Source: Desulfobacterales bacterium (GTDB lineage: Bacteria > Desulfobacterota > Desulfobacteria > Desulfobacterales > UBA2245). From it: a stretch of 39,440 nt of DNA. Below are positions 1-9,192 of the stretch, one piece after another. The notes beneath the pieces are model-generated. The model was given only the letters and a program-made list of their open reading frames with translations, was not told the DNA's origin and ran no database searches. How positions within the stretch are numbered: position 1 is the first letter of the stretch; the number at the start of each line of letters is the position of its first letter. The DNA is taken from contig JAXGZF010000006.1 of the NCBI GenBank assembly GCA_040771865.1, positions 372,001-411,440 on the forward strand, in the 5' to 3' direction. The translations under genes and the position numbers were made by a program.

Positions 1-2
1 AG

Positions 3-1958
3 ACCCTTCGGAAAATCAATTTTACTGGCGATTCCAAGTCGTTGCGCCAGGAGCTGTGGACGGCGTCGGTGGCTGACCGCATGCTGCAGAACCGGCTGGA
101 TTCGGCTGCGCGGGCGCCGGATGCTCCTTTTACCGACGCGGTCGCGGGGTCGGGCATTTATCTGAAGGAAGTCGCTTATGCGGAAGTATCGGCTCAAACA
201 AGTCCTGAAAACTGGGAAAGAACGTTATCTCTTCTGGAAATTACCCTGCGAAGCGCTTTGACGCATGGATTTGCCGAAGCGGAACTGCAGCGGGTGAAAA
301 AGGACATTATTTCCGAACTGGATCAGGATGTTCAAAAAGCTTCTACGCGCAGCAGCCGCGATCTGGGGCCCCGGATTATCCGGTATTTAAACAGCGGGCA
401 GGTGCTTCAGTCTCCGGCGCAGATTCAAGCGCTTTTTGCGCCGTTTATTGAATCTCTGGACATGGAGTCCGTTATGAAGGTCTTTCGCAGGAACTGGGCC
501 GATGATCATCTTCTGGTTCTGGTGACGGGAAACGTTGAATTGGAAGGCAAAGGCAAAACACCGGAAGATCTGATTCTTAACATATTTGAAAACAGCAGAG
601 CCCGGAAGACGATGCCGCCCGCGCCGCCGGAATCGGCAGGATTCCCCTATTTTCCCCTTCCCCTGGAAGGAGGAGGAATTCAAAAGGCAAAAGAGATTCC
701 AGATCTTGGCATCACGATGGTTGATTTTAAAAACGGATTCCGATTGAATCTCAAACAAACGGATTTCCAGACCGGTGAAATTCTGGCGGATTTGTCCTTC
801 GGCCAGGGAGATGTCTCTCAACCATTGGATAAGCCGGGCCTTTCTGCTTTATCACAGCAGGTCGTCAATGAAAGCGGTTTGGGACACCTGGACAGGGATC
901 AGTTGAACAGGTCCATGGCAGGTAAAATGACCCGACTGGAGTTTCAGGTAAGAGAGGATCGGTTTTCATTTTCAGGCCAGACCGTTCCTGGCGAGATTGA
1001 AGTTCTGTTTCAGCTTCTTTACGCGCACCTGACGGATCCAGCGTATCGGCAGCAGGCGTATGATCTGGCGATGAATCGTTTTTCCCAGGAGTACCGGGAA
1101 ATGGAACGCACCGTCGAGGGGGGAATGCGCCTTTACGGGAAAAGGTTTCTGGCCGGCGGCGATCCGCGCTTCGGAATGCCTTCCTACGCCGAATTCACCC
1201 AACTTTCCCTGGAGGATGTGAGATCGTGGATCGATCCTTCTATCAGAAACGCATCGATGGAACTTTCCGTTGTGGGCGATTTTCAGAGCGAGCGGGTGAT
1301 CGATCTGGCATCCCGGTATTTCGGATCACTTCCGCCAAGAGAAGACTTGGGTGAAACGAAAAAAACCTCGAATCTTCCGGTTTTTCCGTTCGGGAAGAAG
1401 TTAACGATTCAGGTTCCAACCCAGATTTTCAAAAATCTTTTGATTGTGGCCTATCCTACGGAAGATACGTGGAATATCGAAAGAACCAGATGTTTTTCGC
1501 TGCTGGCGGAAATTTTTTCGGATCGATTGCGCCAGCAGGTTCGTGAAAACATGGGAGCTGCGTATTCTCCCTTTGCATTCAACCGTTCCTTCCGGGCATA
1601 TTCAGGCTACGGTCTGTTTCAGGTGATGGTGTACGCGGAACCGGAAAAAATCGATGCCATTATTTCCGAAATTCGAGGGATTGCCGAAAAACTGGCATCT
1701 GATGGGATTGAGATAGACGAGCTTGAACGCGTCAGGACCCCTGCCGTCAATCGAATTCAGGATATGGTTCGAAGAAACGAGTACTGGCTCAATTCGGTTC
1801 TTTCCGATTCCAGGCGGTATCCGCAACAAATCGACTGGAGCCGGAGCCTGGTACAAACCTATGTGTCGGTCCGACCCGAAGACCTGAATCAACTGGCCCG
1901 AACCTATTTGAATGCGCGGAAGGCAGCTGTTTTTATCGCCGGACCGGAAAGGTTTTAG
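3..1958 (+). CDS. M16 family (insulinase/PqqL-like) zinc metallopeptidase, 5'-truncated by the window edge
   Basis: The frame is open from base 3 to TAG 1958. M16 C-terminal-half signatures are present (FKNGFRLNLK, MELSVVGDF, RLRQQVRENMGAAYSP, RRNEYWL). The HxxEH catalytic motif would lie upstream of the window. Confidence 0.85.
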   Translation, partial: TLRKINFTGDSKSLRQELWTASVADRMLQNRLDSAARAPDAPFTDAVAGSGIYLKEVAYAEVSAQTSPENWERTLSLLEITLRSALTHGFAEAELQRVKKDIISELDQDVQKASTRSSRDLGPRIIRYLNSGQVLQSPAQIQALFAPFIESLDMESVMKVFRRNWADDHLLVLVTGNVELEGKGKTPEDLILNIFENSRARKTMPPAPPESAGFPYFPLPLEGGGIQKAKEIPDLGITMVDFKNGFRLNLKQTDFQTGEILADLSFGQGDVSQPLDKPGLSALSQQVVNESGLGHLDRDQLNRSMAGKMTRLEFQVREDRFSFSGQTVPGEIEVLFQLLYAHLTDPAYRQQAYDLAMNRFSQEYREMERTVEGGMRLYGKRFLAGGDPRFGMPSYAEFTQLSLEDVRSWIDPSIRNASMELSVVGDFQSERVIDLASRYFGSLPPREDLGETKKTSNLPVFPFGKKLTIQVPTQIFKNLLIVAYPTEDTWNIERTRCFSLLAEIFSDRLRQQVRENMGAAYSPFAFNRSFRAYSGYGLFQVMVYAEPEKIDAIISEIRGIAEKLASDGIEIDELERVRTPAVNRIQDMVRRNEYWLNSVLSDSRRYPQQIDWSRSLVQTYVSVRPEDLNQLARTYLNARKAAVFIAGPERF

Positions 1959-1982
1959 AATTAACCCGTCAAAGACATCGCC

Positions 1983-2124
1983 CAGGTGTTGAAAAACAAG
2001 AATCAGGCCGTCAGGCAAGGCGCGCGGCGATGCGACAAGCGCAGCATATTCAAGCATATGTGAGCATTGGCGAGAGCCGTGCAACGCTGAATGGCAGCCT
2101 CAGGCGCAGTTTTTCAACACCCTG
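1983..2124. mobile_element. ~140-bp MITE/REP-like non-coding element with terminal inverted repeats
   Basis: Perfect 13-bp inverted repeat ggtgttgaaaaac (1985-1997) / gtttttcaacacc (2109-2121). The interior is also self-complementary (aggccgtca/tggcagcct, gcgcggc/gccgtgc, catat/atatg). No transposase is present. Confidence 0.65.
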
Positions 2125-2213
2125 CAAGAGCCGGCTTGAACAGGGAAATACCCCGTTTATTCTTTATTTTCAGCTAAGTTTGATTCGGGATTCGAAAATT
2201 TTATCCGGCTGCA

Positions 2214-2229
2214 CGGCACAGATTCTGCT
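2214..2229 (+). promoter_or_regulatory. Candidate sigma54 -24/-12 promoter upstream of the qrc operon
   Basis: CGGCACAGATTCTGCT has GG(2215-16)-N10-GC(2227-28) spacing, compared with consensus TGGCACGnnnnTTGCW. It lies ~300 bp before qrcA. Confidence 0.3.
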
Positions 2230-2526
2230 TTGAAACCATCGGCTGCCAAACCGATGCCAAAAAAGCATTCGGGATGTGTGCATACGACCCGCCCTGTCCG
2301 GCTTTTTTCCCTTGACAAATATACCATCCAAAGATAAACGTTGACCTTTGGCAAATTTTATTCTGCTGCCTCAGCAATAGTGAAATTTGCTATTTGTTTT
2401 CTTGAATTGTCCCATGCGATTTTTGGGTAGTATTTATTCATACTCGGGAGAGCCGGTAGCGCGTAGACCGTTTTTTAAAGGATCAACCCAAGCAGTTTGC
2501 AAGAGTAGATTCGGAGGATAAAACGT

Positions 2527-3144
2527 ATGGATGGGAAAGGGCAAGAAAGCGGACCCCGTGGAATTTTGGTCCTGTATTTTTTTATCGGGTTTACCATCAG
2601 CATCATCGTTGGATGGATTATCTTTCCTAAGCTTCTCTACTCCCAGAAAAAACAGCCGATCGATTTCAATCATGCCCTGCATGTTGAATCCGTTGCTGAG
2701 GGATGTGAAAGTTGCCATTTCTTCCGCGAAGACGGAAGCTTCTCCGGCATTCCCAAGCTGGCTCAGTGCATTGATTGCCACGAGTCGGCGATGGGGGAAA
2801 ACCCCGAGGAAGCCAGGTTTGTCGAAGAGTACGTGGCAAAGGGAATAGAGGTCCCGTGGCTGAGTTATTCCCTCCAACCGGATTGTGTTTTCTTTTCTCA
2901 CGCAGCCCATATCAACATGGGGAAACTGGAATGCAAGGTCTGCCATGGACCCATCGGAGAATCAGAACATTCCAGGATCTATGAAGAAAACAGGCTTACG
3001 GGATACAGCCGGGATATCTGGGGGAAAAACATCGCCGGGATCAAGCAGAATTCGTGGGATCGGATGAAGATGGATGATTGCGCCGAGTGCCATGCCGACA
3101 TGGGTGGCGGAAGAAAAGATGCGTGTTTTGTCTGTCACAAGTAA
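2527..3144 (+). CDS. qrcA: Menaquinone reductase complex multiheme cytochrome c subunit QrcA
   Basis: N-terminal TM anchor and five CxxCH motifs (CESCH, CIDCH, CKVCH, CAECH, CFVCH). QPIDFNH and VFFSHAAH motifs. RBS ggagga. First gene of a cytochrome/MopB-like/FeS/NrfD-like cluster. Confidence 0.93.
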   Translation: MDGKGQESGPRGILVLYFFIGFTISIIVGWIIFPKLLYSQKKQPIDFNHALHVESVAEGCESCHFFREDGSFSGIPKLAQCIDCHESAMGENPEEARFVEEYVAKGIEVPWLSYSLQPDCVFFSHAAHINMGKLECKVCHGPIGESEHSRIYEENRLTGYSRDIWGKNIAGIKQNSWDRMKMDDCAECHADMGGGRKDACFVCHK

Positions 3145-3221
3145 CTATGGCTAACCACTTTTATCCCATAAAAATGGCTTGCTGAAAAGCTTGCTTCTTT
3201 TTCAGACATGAGGGGTAGAAT

Positions 3222-5462
3222 ATGAAGATAGACAGAAGAGGTTTCTTAACACTGGGAGCTGGTGCTGCAGCAGGGATAGTCGTCACGCCATTGCCCTGGA
3301 AATTGACTGATGATCTTTCCATCTGGACCCAGAACTGGTCGTGGACTCCGGTACCCCCGGATGGAGAAAAGGCGTATGCCAAATCGATATGTTCGCTTTG
3401 CCCCGGCGGGTGCGGCATATCGGTTCGAAAGGTTGAAGACCGCGCGATCAAGATAGAGGGGATTGAGGGCCATCCCGTCAATAACGGCGGAATCTGCATC
3501 CTCGGATTGTCGGGTCTGCAGGCTTTGTATGGACCGACACGGGTAAAACAGCCGTTGATGCGATCCGGAAACCGTGGGGAAGGCCGGTGGAAGAATGTGG
3601 ACTGGGAAACCGCGCTTGCCGAGATGACGAAGCGCCTGGATGAGATCCGTAAAGCCGGTCAGGCGCACACGGTGGCCTGCGTTGCCGGATCCGATCAGGG
3701 AACGGTTCCGCAGCTTCTGAAACGCTTCCTGGCGGCCTATGGTTCATCCAACTTTATCAGAACCCCCTCGATTCGGGACAGCTACGAACTGACGTTCAAG
3801 ACCATGCAGGGATCGGAAGGCGCCGCCGGATTTGATCTGTTCAACTCCGATTTCATATTGAGTTTCGGCAGCGGCATTATCGAAGGATGGGGTTCGCCGG
3901 TTTACATGTTTCGGGCCAACAGCGAGCTGCGGGGCAAAGGAAAAGTCGTTCAGATTGAGCCGCGGCTTTCGAACAGCGCCGCCAAATCCGACAAGTGGGT
4001 GCCGGTCAACCCAGGAACCGAAGCGGTTCTGGCGCTGGGTCTGGCCCACGAGATTATCAAGGAATCCTTGTACAACAAGGAATTTGTTGGAAAATATGCC
4101 GTCGGTTTCGAATCTTGGGAAGACGCCAAAGGCCAGAAGCAGAAAGGTTTTAAAGACTGGGTGCTGGAAACCTACTGGCCGGCGTCTGTGGCGAATATCA
4201 CCGGCGTGAAGCCGGCTGTGATTCACGAGCTGGCCGTAAGCTTCGCCAAGGCTTCAAAACCCGTGGCACTCTGCGGCCGCGGCCAGGGCAACACGCCTGT
4301 CAGCCTTTTTGAAAGCATGGCGATTCATGCACTGAACGCTCTGGTGGGCAACATCAATCAGAAGGGTGGAATCAGCGCGGTGCCCTTTGCCGATTACATC
4401 AACTGGCCGAAGGTCCCGGTCGATCCGGTGGCCGAGGCCGGGCTTCAGCAACCCAGAATCGATGGCGCCCAGAGCGACCCGTTCGCGTCCCGGTACCTTT
4501 TGAACCGCCTGGTCAGCGCCGCCGAGTCCGGAAAACCTTATCCGCTTCAGGCGCTTCTGGTATGGGAGGCGGATCCGATTTACACACTGTCTGACAGCGC
4601 AGCCGTCAAAGCAGCCTTTGACAAGATTCCGTTCGTCGTAAGCTTTTCCTCTCACATGAATGAAACCGCACAGTATGCCGACCTGATCCTGCCGGATCAT
4701 TTCTATCTGGAAAGGTATCAGGATATTCCGACTCCGGTGGGAATGCCTGTTCCCAGCATCTCCTTAAGCCGTCCGGTGGTGAAACCCCAGTTTGATTCGA
4801 AATATACCGGAGATGTTTTGATTCAGGTTGCAAAGGGCCTCGGCGGAAATCCGGCTGAGGCCATGCCGTGGAAAGATTACGAGCAGTGTCTGAAAGAAAC
4901 CCTGGGCGATCACTGGGACAAGCTGAACGCCAAAGGCATTCTGATGGCGGATCAATATCAGTCGCCGGCCTGGGATAAAGCCTTTAAAACCGCGTCCGGC
5001 AAGTTTGAATTCTGCGCACTGACCGTCATTGGCGAAGCCGCTTCCATCGAGGGCGATAAGGAAGCCTTTCCGCTGACGCTGATACCGTACGATTCCATGC
5101 GTCTGGCAAATGGTTTTATCGGTGATCCGCCGTTTGTCATCAAAACCGTGTCCGACAAGATTTTAAAGAAAAACGATATTTTTGTTGAGATAAATCCCGA
5201 AACCGCGAAGCAATACGGGCTGACGGACGGAAAACTCGCGGTTCTGGAAACGCCCAAGGGTTCGGCCCGTGTACGGGTGAATGTCTTTGAGGGAATTGTG
5301 CCCGGCGTAATCGCCATGCCCAGAGGCCTGGGCCACAAGGCCTATGACAAGTATCTGGCCGGCAAGGGGCTTAATGTCAATGAATTCATCGGATCGGTGG
5401 AGGATCCTGTTTCCGGTCTGGACGCAGCGTGCGGAATCAGGGCAAAGCTGACCATCGCCTAA
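3222..5462 (+). CDS. qrcB: Menaquinone reductase molybdopterin-oxidoreductase-like subunit QrcB
   Basis: Tat signal DRRGFL, then PLPWKLTDDLSIWTQNWSW. N-terminal CSLCPGGC...C motif. DMSO-reductase-family fold motifs (PVNPGTE, ETAQYADLILP, VEINPETA). Confidence 0.92.
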   Translation: MKIDRRGFLTLGAGAAAGIVVTPLPWKLTDDLSIWTQNWSWTPVPPDGEKAYAKSICSLCPGGCGISVRKVEDRAIKIEGIEGHPVNNGGICILGLSGLQALYGPTRVKQPLMRSGNRGEGRWKNVDWETALAEMTKRLDEIRKAGQAHTVACVAGSDQGTVPQLLKRFLAAYGSSNFIRTPSIRDSYELTFKTMQGSEGAAGFDLFNSDFILSFGSGIIEGWGSPVYMFRANSELRGKGKVVQIEPRLSNSAAKSDKWVPVNPGTEAVLALGLAHEIIKESLYNKEFVGKYAVGFESWEDAKGQKQKGFKDWVLETYWPASVANITGVKPAVIHELAVSFAKASKPVALCGRGQGNTPVSLFESMAIHALNALVGNINQKGGISAVPFADYINWPKVPVDPVAEAGLQQPRIDGAQSDPFASRYLLNRLVSAAESGKPYPLQALLVWEADPIYTLSDSAAVKAAFDKIPFVVSFSSHMNETAQYADLILPDHFYLERYQDIPTPVGMPVPSISLSRPVVKPQFDSKYTGDVLIQVAKGLGGNPAEAMPWKDYEQCLKETLGDHWDKLNAKGILMADQYQSPAWDKAFKTASGKFEFCALTVIGEAASIEGDKEAFPLTLIPYDSMRLANGFIGDPPFVIKTVSDKILKKNDIFVEINPETAKQYGLTDGKLAVLETPKGSARVRVNVFEGIVPGVIAMPRGLGHKAYDKYLAGKGLNVNEFIGSVEDPVSGLDAACGIRAKLTIA

Positions 5463-5484
5463 CGCATAGGATGAAGAGGTTCTG

Positions 5485-6270
5485 ATGGAAAACGAACATG
5501 GACATCACAAAACAGGCAAGAAATACGGAATGGTCATCGATCTGGACAAGTGCACCGGATGCGGCGCGTGCATGGTGGCGTGCATGGCTGAAAACAACGT
5601 GCCCTTCAAGGTAGATGAAACCAACAAACTGGACAACATCATGTGGATGCGCGTATACCGGATCAGCAACGGAAAGCCGTTTCCGGATGCCGACATATGC
5701 TATCTCCCCAGGCCCTGCATGCACTGCGAGGCGTATCATGGGCATTCACCCTGCGTGTCCGTATGCCCGGCCACGGCCACGGATTATAACCGTGAAACCG
5801 GAATCGTCAGTCAGATATATACCCGATGCTTCGGGTGCAGGTACTGCATGGCCGCCTGCCCATATCATGCGCGATATTTCAACTGGTGGGATCCGGTCTG
5901 GCCCGAGGGAATGAAAAAATATCTGAGCCCGGACGTTTCTCCCCGCATGCGCGGCGTGGTGGAAAAATGCAGTTTCTGCTTTCACAGGTACCAGCTGGCC
6001 ATGGACAAGGCATTTACCGAGGGACGCCGTGAGATAGAAGAGAGCGCGTATCAGACGGCCTGCACGCAGGCATGCCCGGCCGGCGCCATTACCTTTGGCG
6101 ACCTTGACAATCCCAAGCACGCCGTTTACAAGCTGAAGCACGATCCAAGAGCATTCCGCCTTCTGGAGCGACTTGGGACCAACCCCAAGGTTTATTATGT
6201 GACCGATCGTGAGTGGGTCCGGTGGATGGCCGACAATTATCAGGACCAGGAGCGTAAAGCCAAGGGGTAG
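5485..6270 (+). CDS. qrcC: Menaquinone reductase iron-sulfur subunit QrcC
   Basis: NrfC/DmsB-type protein with four Cys groups: MVIDLDKCTGCGACMVAC, CMHC...PCVSVCP, CFGCRYCMAACPY, EKCSFC...CTQACP. Confidence 0.93.
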   Translation: MENEHGHHKTGKKYGMVIDLDKCTGCGACMVACMAENNVPFKVDETNKLDNIMWMRVYRISNGKPFPDADICYLPRPCMHCEAYHGHSPCVSVCPATATDYNRETGIVSQIYTRCFGCRYCMAACPYHARYFNWWDPVWPEGMKKYLSPDVSPRMRGVVEKCSFCFHRYQLAMDKAFTEGRREIEESAYQTACTQACPAGAITFGDLDNPKHAVYKLKHDPRAFRLLERLGTNPKVYYVTDREWVRWMADNYQDQERKAKG

Positions 6271-6330
6271 AAAGCGGCCGAGCACCCGTCAACAAGAACA
6301 ATATAAGCAACCATAACTGAGGAGCACAGA

Positions 6331-7572
6331 ATGATTGATGATTCTGCATTGATACCCAAGGGCGTAAAGAGATGTTCCTTCCGGCAATTTGCCTTGTGGA
6401 TCGGAATTGCAGGCATTGTACTGTTGTGGGGCGTTTATGCCATGTTTCTTTGCTGGTTCAAGGGATTGAACCAGACCAACATGAATGATGCCTACGGATT
6501 CGCTTTGTGGATTTGGGCGGACCTGGCGGTTATCGCTTTGGGCGGCGGCGCCTTTTTCTCCGGTTTTTTAAGGTATCTTGTCGGAAAGGATGAACTGAAA
6601 AACGTTATCAATTATGCGGTGCTGATCGGTTTTATCTGCTACAGCAGCGCCCTTCTGATTCTGGCCATTGACGTCGGCCAGCCGCTGAGAGCCTGGTTCA
6701 TTTTCTGGCACGCCAACGTTCATTCCATGCTGACGGAGGTGGCATTCTGTCTTTCCTGTTATTTCGCGGTATTGACCATAGAGTACATTCCGCTGATTCT
6801 GGAAAACCGTCAGATCAACAAAATTCCTTTCTTTCACAACCTTGCCCACAACATGCACGAGATCATGGCCATTTTTGCCGCCACCGGCGCCTTCCTGTCT
6901 TTTTTCCATCAAGGATCGCTGGGCGGCGTGGCCGGCGTGCTGTTCGGCCGCCCGTTTTCCTACCGTGAAGGCGTTCTGATCTGGCCGTGGGCGTTTTTCC
7001 TGTTTACCTGGTCTGCGGCAGCCTACGGTCCCTGCTTTACCATCATGATCACCAAGATCACCGAGGTGATCACCGGAAAGAAGCTGGTCAAGGACAATGT
7101 CATTGAACTTCTGGCCAAGATATCCGGATGGATGATCATCACCTATACGGTCGCAAAACTCATCGACACGATTTACTGGGCGGCCGTGACCGCTCCGTCC
7201 ATGGGCTTTAATATTGATCATTTCTTCGGCACTTCCATTTACGGAATCTGGATTCTGGGCGCCGAAGTGATTCTCGGCGGAATCGCGCCGGGTCTGATTC
7301 TGATTTCCGAGAAGGGCAGAAAGAGCCAATTCGGGTTGTGGGCCGCCATTATCTTCGGCGTGATCGGCGTGAGCCTGAACCGCTGGGTAATGGTCCTTCA
7401 GACCATGGCGGTTCCCATTCTGCCGTTCGAAGACTGGTACCTGTATATTCCGAGCTGGCAGGAAGTGGCCACCACCGTGCTGCCGGTGGCATACGGCGTC
7501 ATTCTGATCATGATTTCCTACCGGTATATGCCGATTTTTCCGCAGGAACCGGAACTGAATCCGATCGATTAA
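6331..7572 (+). CDS. qrcD: Menaquinone reductase integral membrane subunit QrcD (NrfD/PsrC family)
   Basis: About 10 hydrophobic segments. Motifs LWIWADLAVIALGGGAF, DVGQPLRAW, SFFHQGSLGG and YIPSWQE. Confidence 0.93.
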   Translation: MIDDSALIPKGVKRCSFRQFALWIGIAGIVLLWGVYAMFLCWFKGLNQTNMNDAYGFALWIWADLAVIALGGGAFFSGFLRYLVGKDELKNVINYAVLIGFICYSSALLILAIDVGQPLRAWFIFWHANVHSMLTEVAFCLSCYFAVLTIEYIPLILENRQINKIPFFHNLAHNMHEIMAIFAATGAFLSFFHQGSLGGVAGVLFGRPFSYREGVLIWPWAFFLFTWSAAAYGPCFTIMITKITEVITGKKLVKDNVIELLAKISGWMIITYTVAKLIDTIYWAAVTAPSMGFNIDHFFGTSIYGIWILGAEVILGGIAPGLILISEKGRKSQFGLWAAIIFGVIGVSLNRWVMVLQTMAVPILPFEDWYLYIPSWQEVATTVLPVAYGVILIMISYRYMPIFPQEPELNPID

Positions 7573-7597
7573 CCGTCTGGAAAGAGGAGGATAAGCT

Positions 7598-7756
7598 ATG
7601 TTTCCTTTTAGTTTTGAATGGGTCTGGGACATGACTCACTACGTGTTCCACGGCGGTTTGTGGTATGCGCTGTCGATCATCGGCCTGGGCATGACCTATT
7701 GCATCGGCAAGGCCATTATTGATACGATTCAGGGCAAGGGCGGCGGACATCACTAA
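7598..7756 (+). CDS. 52-aa single-TM small membrane protein closing the qrc operon (not in ORF track)
   Basis: Strong RBS aagaggagg (7582-7590), ATG 7598, TAA 7754-7756. Translation: MFPFSFEWVWDMTHYVFHGGLWYALSIIGLGMTYCIGKAIIDTIQGKGGGHH. It lies between qrcD and the terminator. Confidence 0.8.
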   Translation: MFPFSFEWVWDMTHYVFHGGLWYALSIIGLGMTYCIGKAIIDTIQGKGGGHH

Positions 7757-7777
7757 GACCGTTGAATTCCGATGAAG

Positions 7778-7817
7778 AAAAAGCGTTTTTCCCTTTGGCA
7801 GGGAAAAACGCTTTTTT
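7778..7817 (+). terminator. Intrinsic (possibly bidirectional) terminator of the qrc operon
   Basis: Perfect 17-bp inverted repeat aaaaagcgtttttccct / agggaaaaacgcttttt with a 5-nt loop, ending in a T run. Confidence 0.85.
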
Positions 7818-7895
7818 GTCGGTAAATAAAGGTATACAATCATACCTCGTTGAAATTAATAGACGGACGCACGAGACTTTATATGCAGGGGTCGC

Positions 7896-9149
7896 ATGGA
7901 TAAAATTGTGGTTGAAGGCGGGCGCCGGTTGCAGGGAGAGGTTCAAATCAGCGGCGCCAAAAATGCGGCGCTTCCCATGCTGGTGGCTTCTCTGCTGGCG
8001 GACGGATGGAGCACCTTTCAAAATGTTCCGGATTTAAAAGACATCGAGAGCATCAAACTGCTTCTTGAAAATCTGGGCGCAAGGGTCGAATCCGATTCGC
8101 ACCAGGTTCGCATAGACGGCAGCGGCCTGTGCAACCATGAAGCGTCTTACGACCTGGTTCGGAAAATGCGCGCCTCCATTCTGGTACTCGGTCCGCTGGT
8201 CGCCCGGTTAAAAAGAGCCCGGGTATCGCTTCCCGGGGGATGCGCCATCGGGGAGCGTCCGATTAACCTGCACCTCAAGGGGCTTCAGCAGCTGGGTGCG
8301 GAAATCCGGATCGACCATGGTTACGTGGAGGCCCGAGCGGATCGCCTTCGCGGTGCCGACATATGCCTGGATATGCCGACGGTGACGGGTACCGAGAATC
8401 TGATGATGGCCTCAGTCCTTGCCGAAGGCGTGACGGTGCTTCGAAATGTGGCTCGCGAGCCCGAGGTGGTCGCGCTGGCCGACACGCTGAACCGCATGGG
8501 AGCAAACATTCATGGCGCGGGCGCCTCGGCGATGACGATTTGCGGCGTCAAGTCGCTTCATCCGGTTTCGGTTTCCGTGATTCCGGATCGCATCGAAGCG
8601 GGCACCTTTATGGTGGCGGCGGCCTTGACTCGCGGGGATGTGACGGTTTGCGGCTGCGAACCGGAGCACATGCAGGCTTTTCTGCACAAGCTTCGGCAAT
8701 CCGGTGCCCGGATTGAGGAGAGCCGTTCACGGGTCCGGGTTTTCGGGCCGAAAACCATCTCCAGCGTGGATGTGAAAACACTGCCGTTCCCGGGTTTCCC
8801 CACCGACATGCAGGCCCAGTTTATGGTGCTGATGTCCATTGCCTCGGGGTTGAGCATCATTTCAGAAACCGTATTCGAAAATCGATTCATTCACGTCGGC
8901 GAACTTCGCCGTATGGGTGCGGACATTCAGATATCCGGAAATTCCGCCCTGATAAAGGGGGTTTCGATGCTTTCGGGCGCTCCGGTGATGGCCACGGATT
9001 TAAGGGCCAGCGCCTCGCTGATTCTCGCCGGACTGGTGGCACAGGGCGTGACCGAGGTCAACCGGGTTTATCATCTCGACAGGGGATACGAAAAGATCGA
9101 AGAAAAATTCGCCGCACTCGGCGCCGGCATCAAACGTGTTCCGGCTTGA
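7896..9149 (+). CDS. murA: UDP-N-acetylglucosamine 1-carboxyvinyltransferase
   Basis: Motifs [29 protein letters not shown] (Cys-type active site), [24 protein letters not shown] and HLDRGYE. Confidence 0.98.
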   Translation: MDKIVVEGGRRLQGEVQISGAKNAALPMLVASLLADGWSTFQNVPDLKDIESIKLLLENLGARVESDSHQVRIDGSGLCNHEASYDLVRKMRASILVLGPLVARLKRARVSLPGGCAIGERPINLHLKGLQQLGAEIRIDHGYVEARADRLRGADICLDMPTVTGTENLMMASVLAEGVTVLRNVAREPEVVALADTLNRMGANIHGAGASAMTICGVKSLHPVSVSVIPDRIEAGTFMVAAALTRGDVTVCGCEPEHMQAFLHKLRQSGARIEESRSRVRVFGPKTISSVDVKTLPFPGFPTDMQAQFMVLMSIASGLSIISETVFENRFIHVGELRRMGADIQISGNSALIKGVSMLSGAPVMATDLRASASLILAGLVAQGVTEVNRVYHLDRGYEKIEEKFAALGAGIKRVPA

Positions 9150-9192
9150 GACCCTCTTTATAAGTATTCCGGTTTGATAAGGAATATTTGCA

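Noticed and set aside
2376..2394. Rex operator upstream of qrcA
   Set aside because: Only the left half (tagtgaa) resembles TTGTGAA-n4-TTCACAA. The right half does not match.
3222..5462. Calling this a catalytic molybdoenzyme (polysulfide/formate/nitrate reductase)
   Set aside because: Operon context and the N-terminal WTQNW motif fit QrcB. No catalytic specificity can be supported from the sequence.
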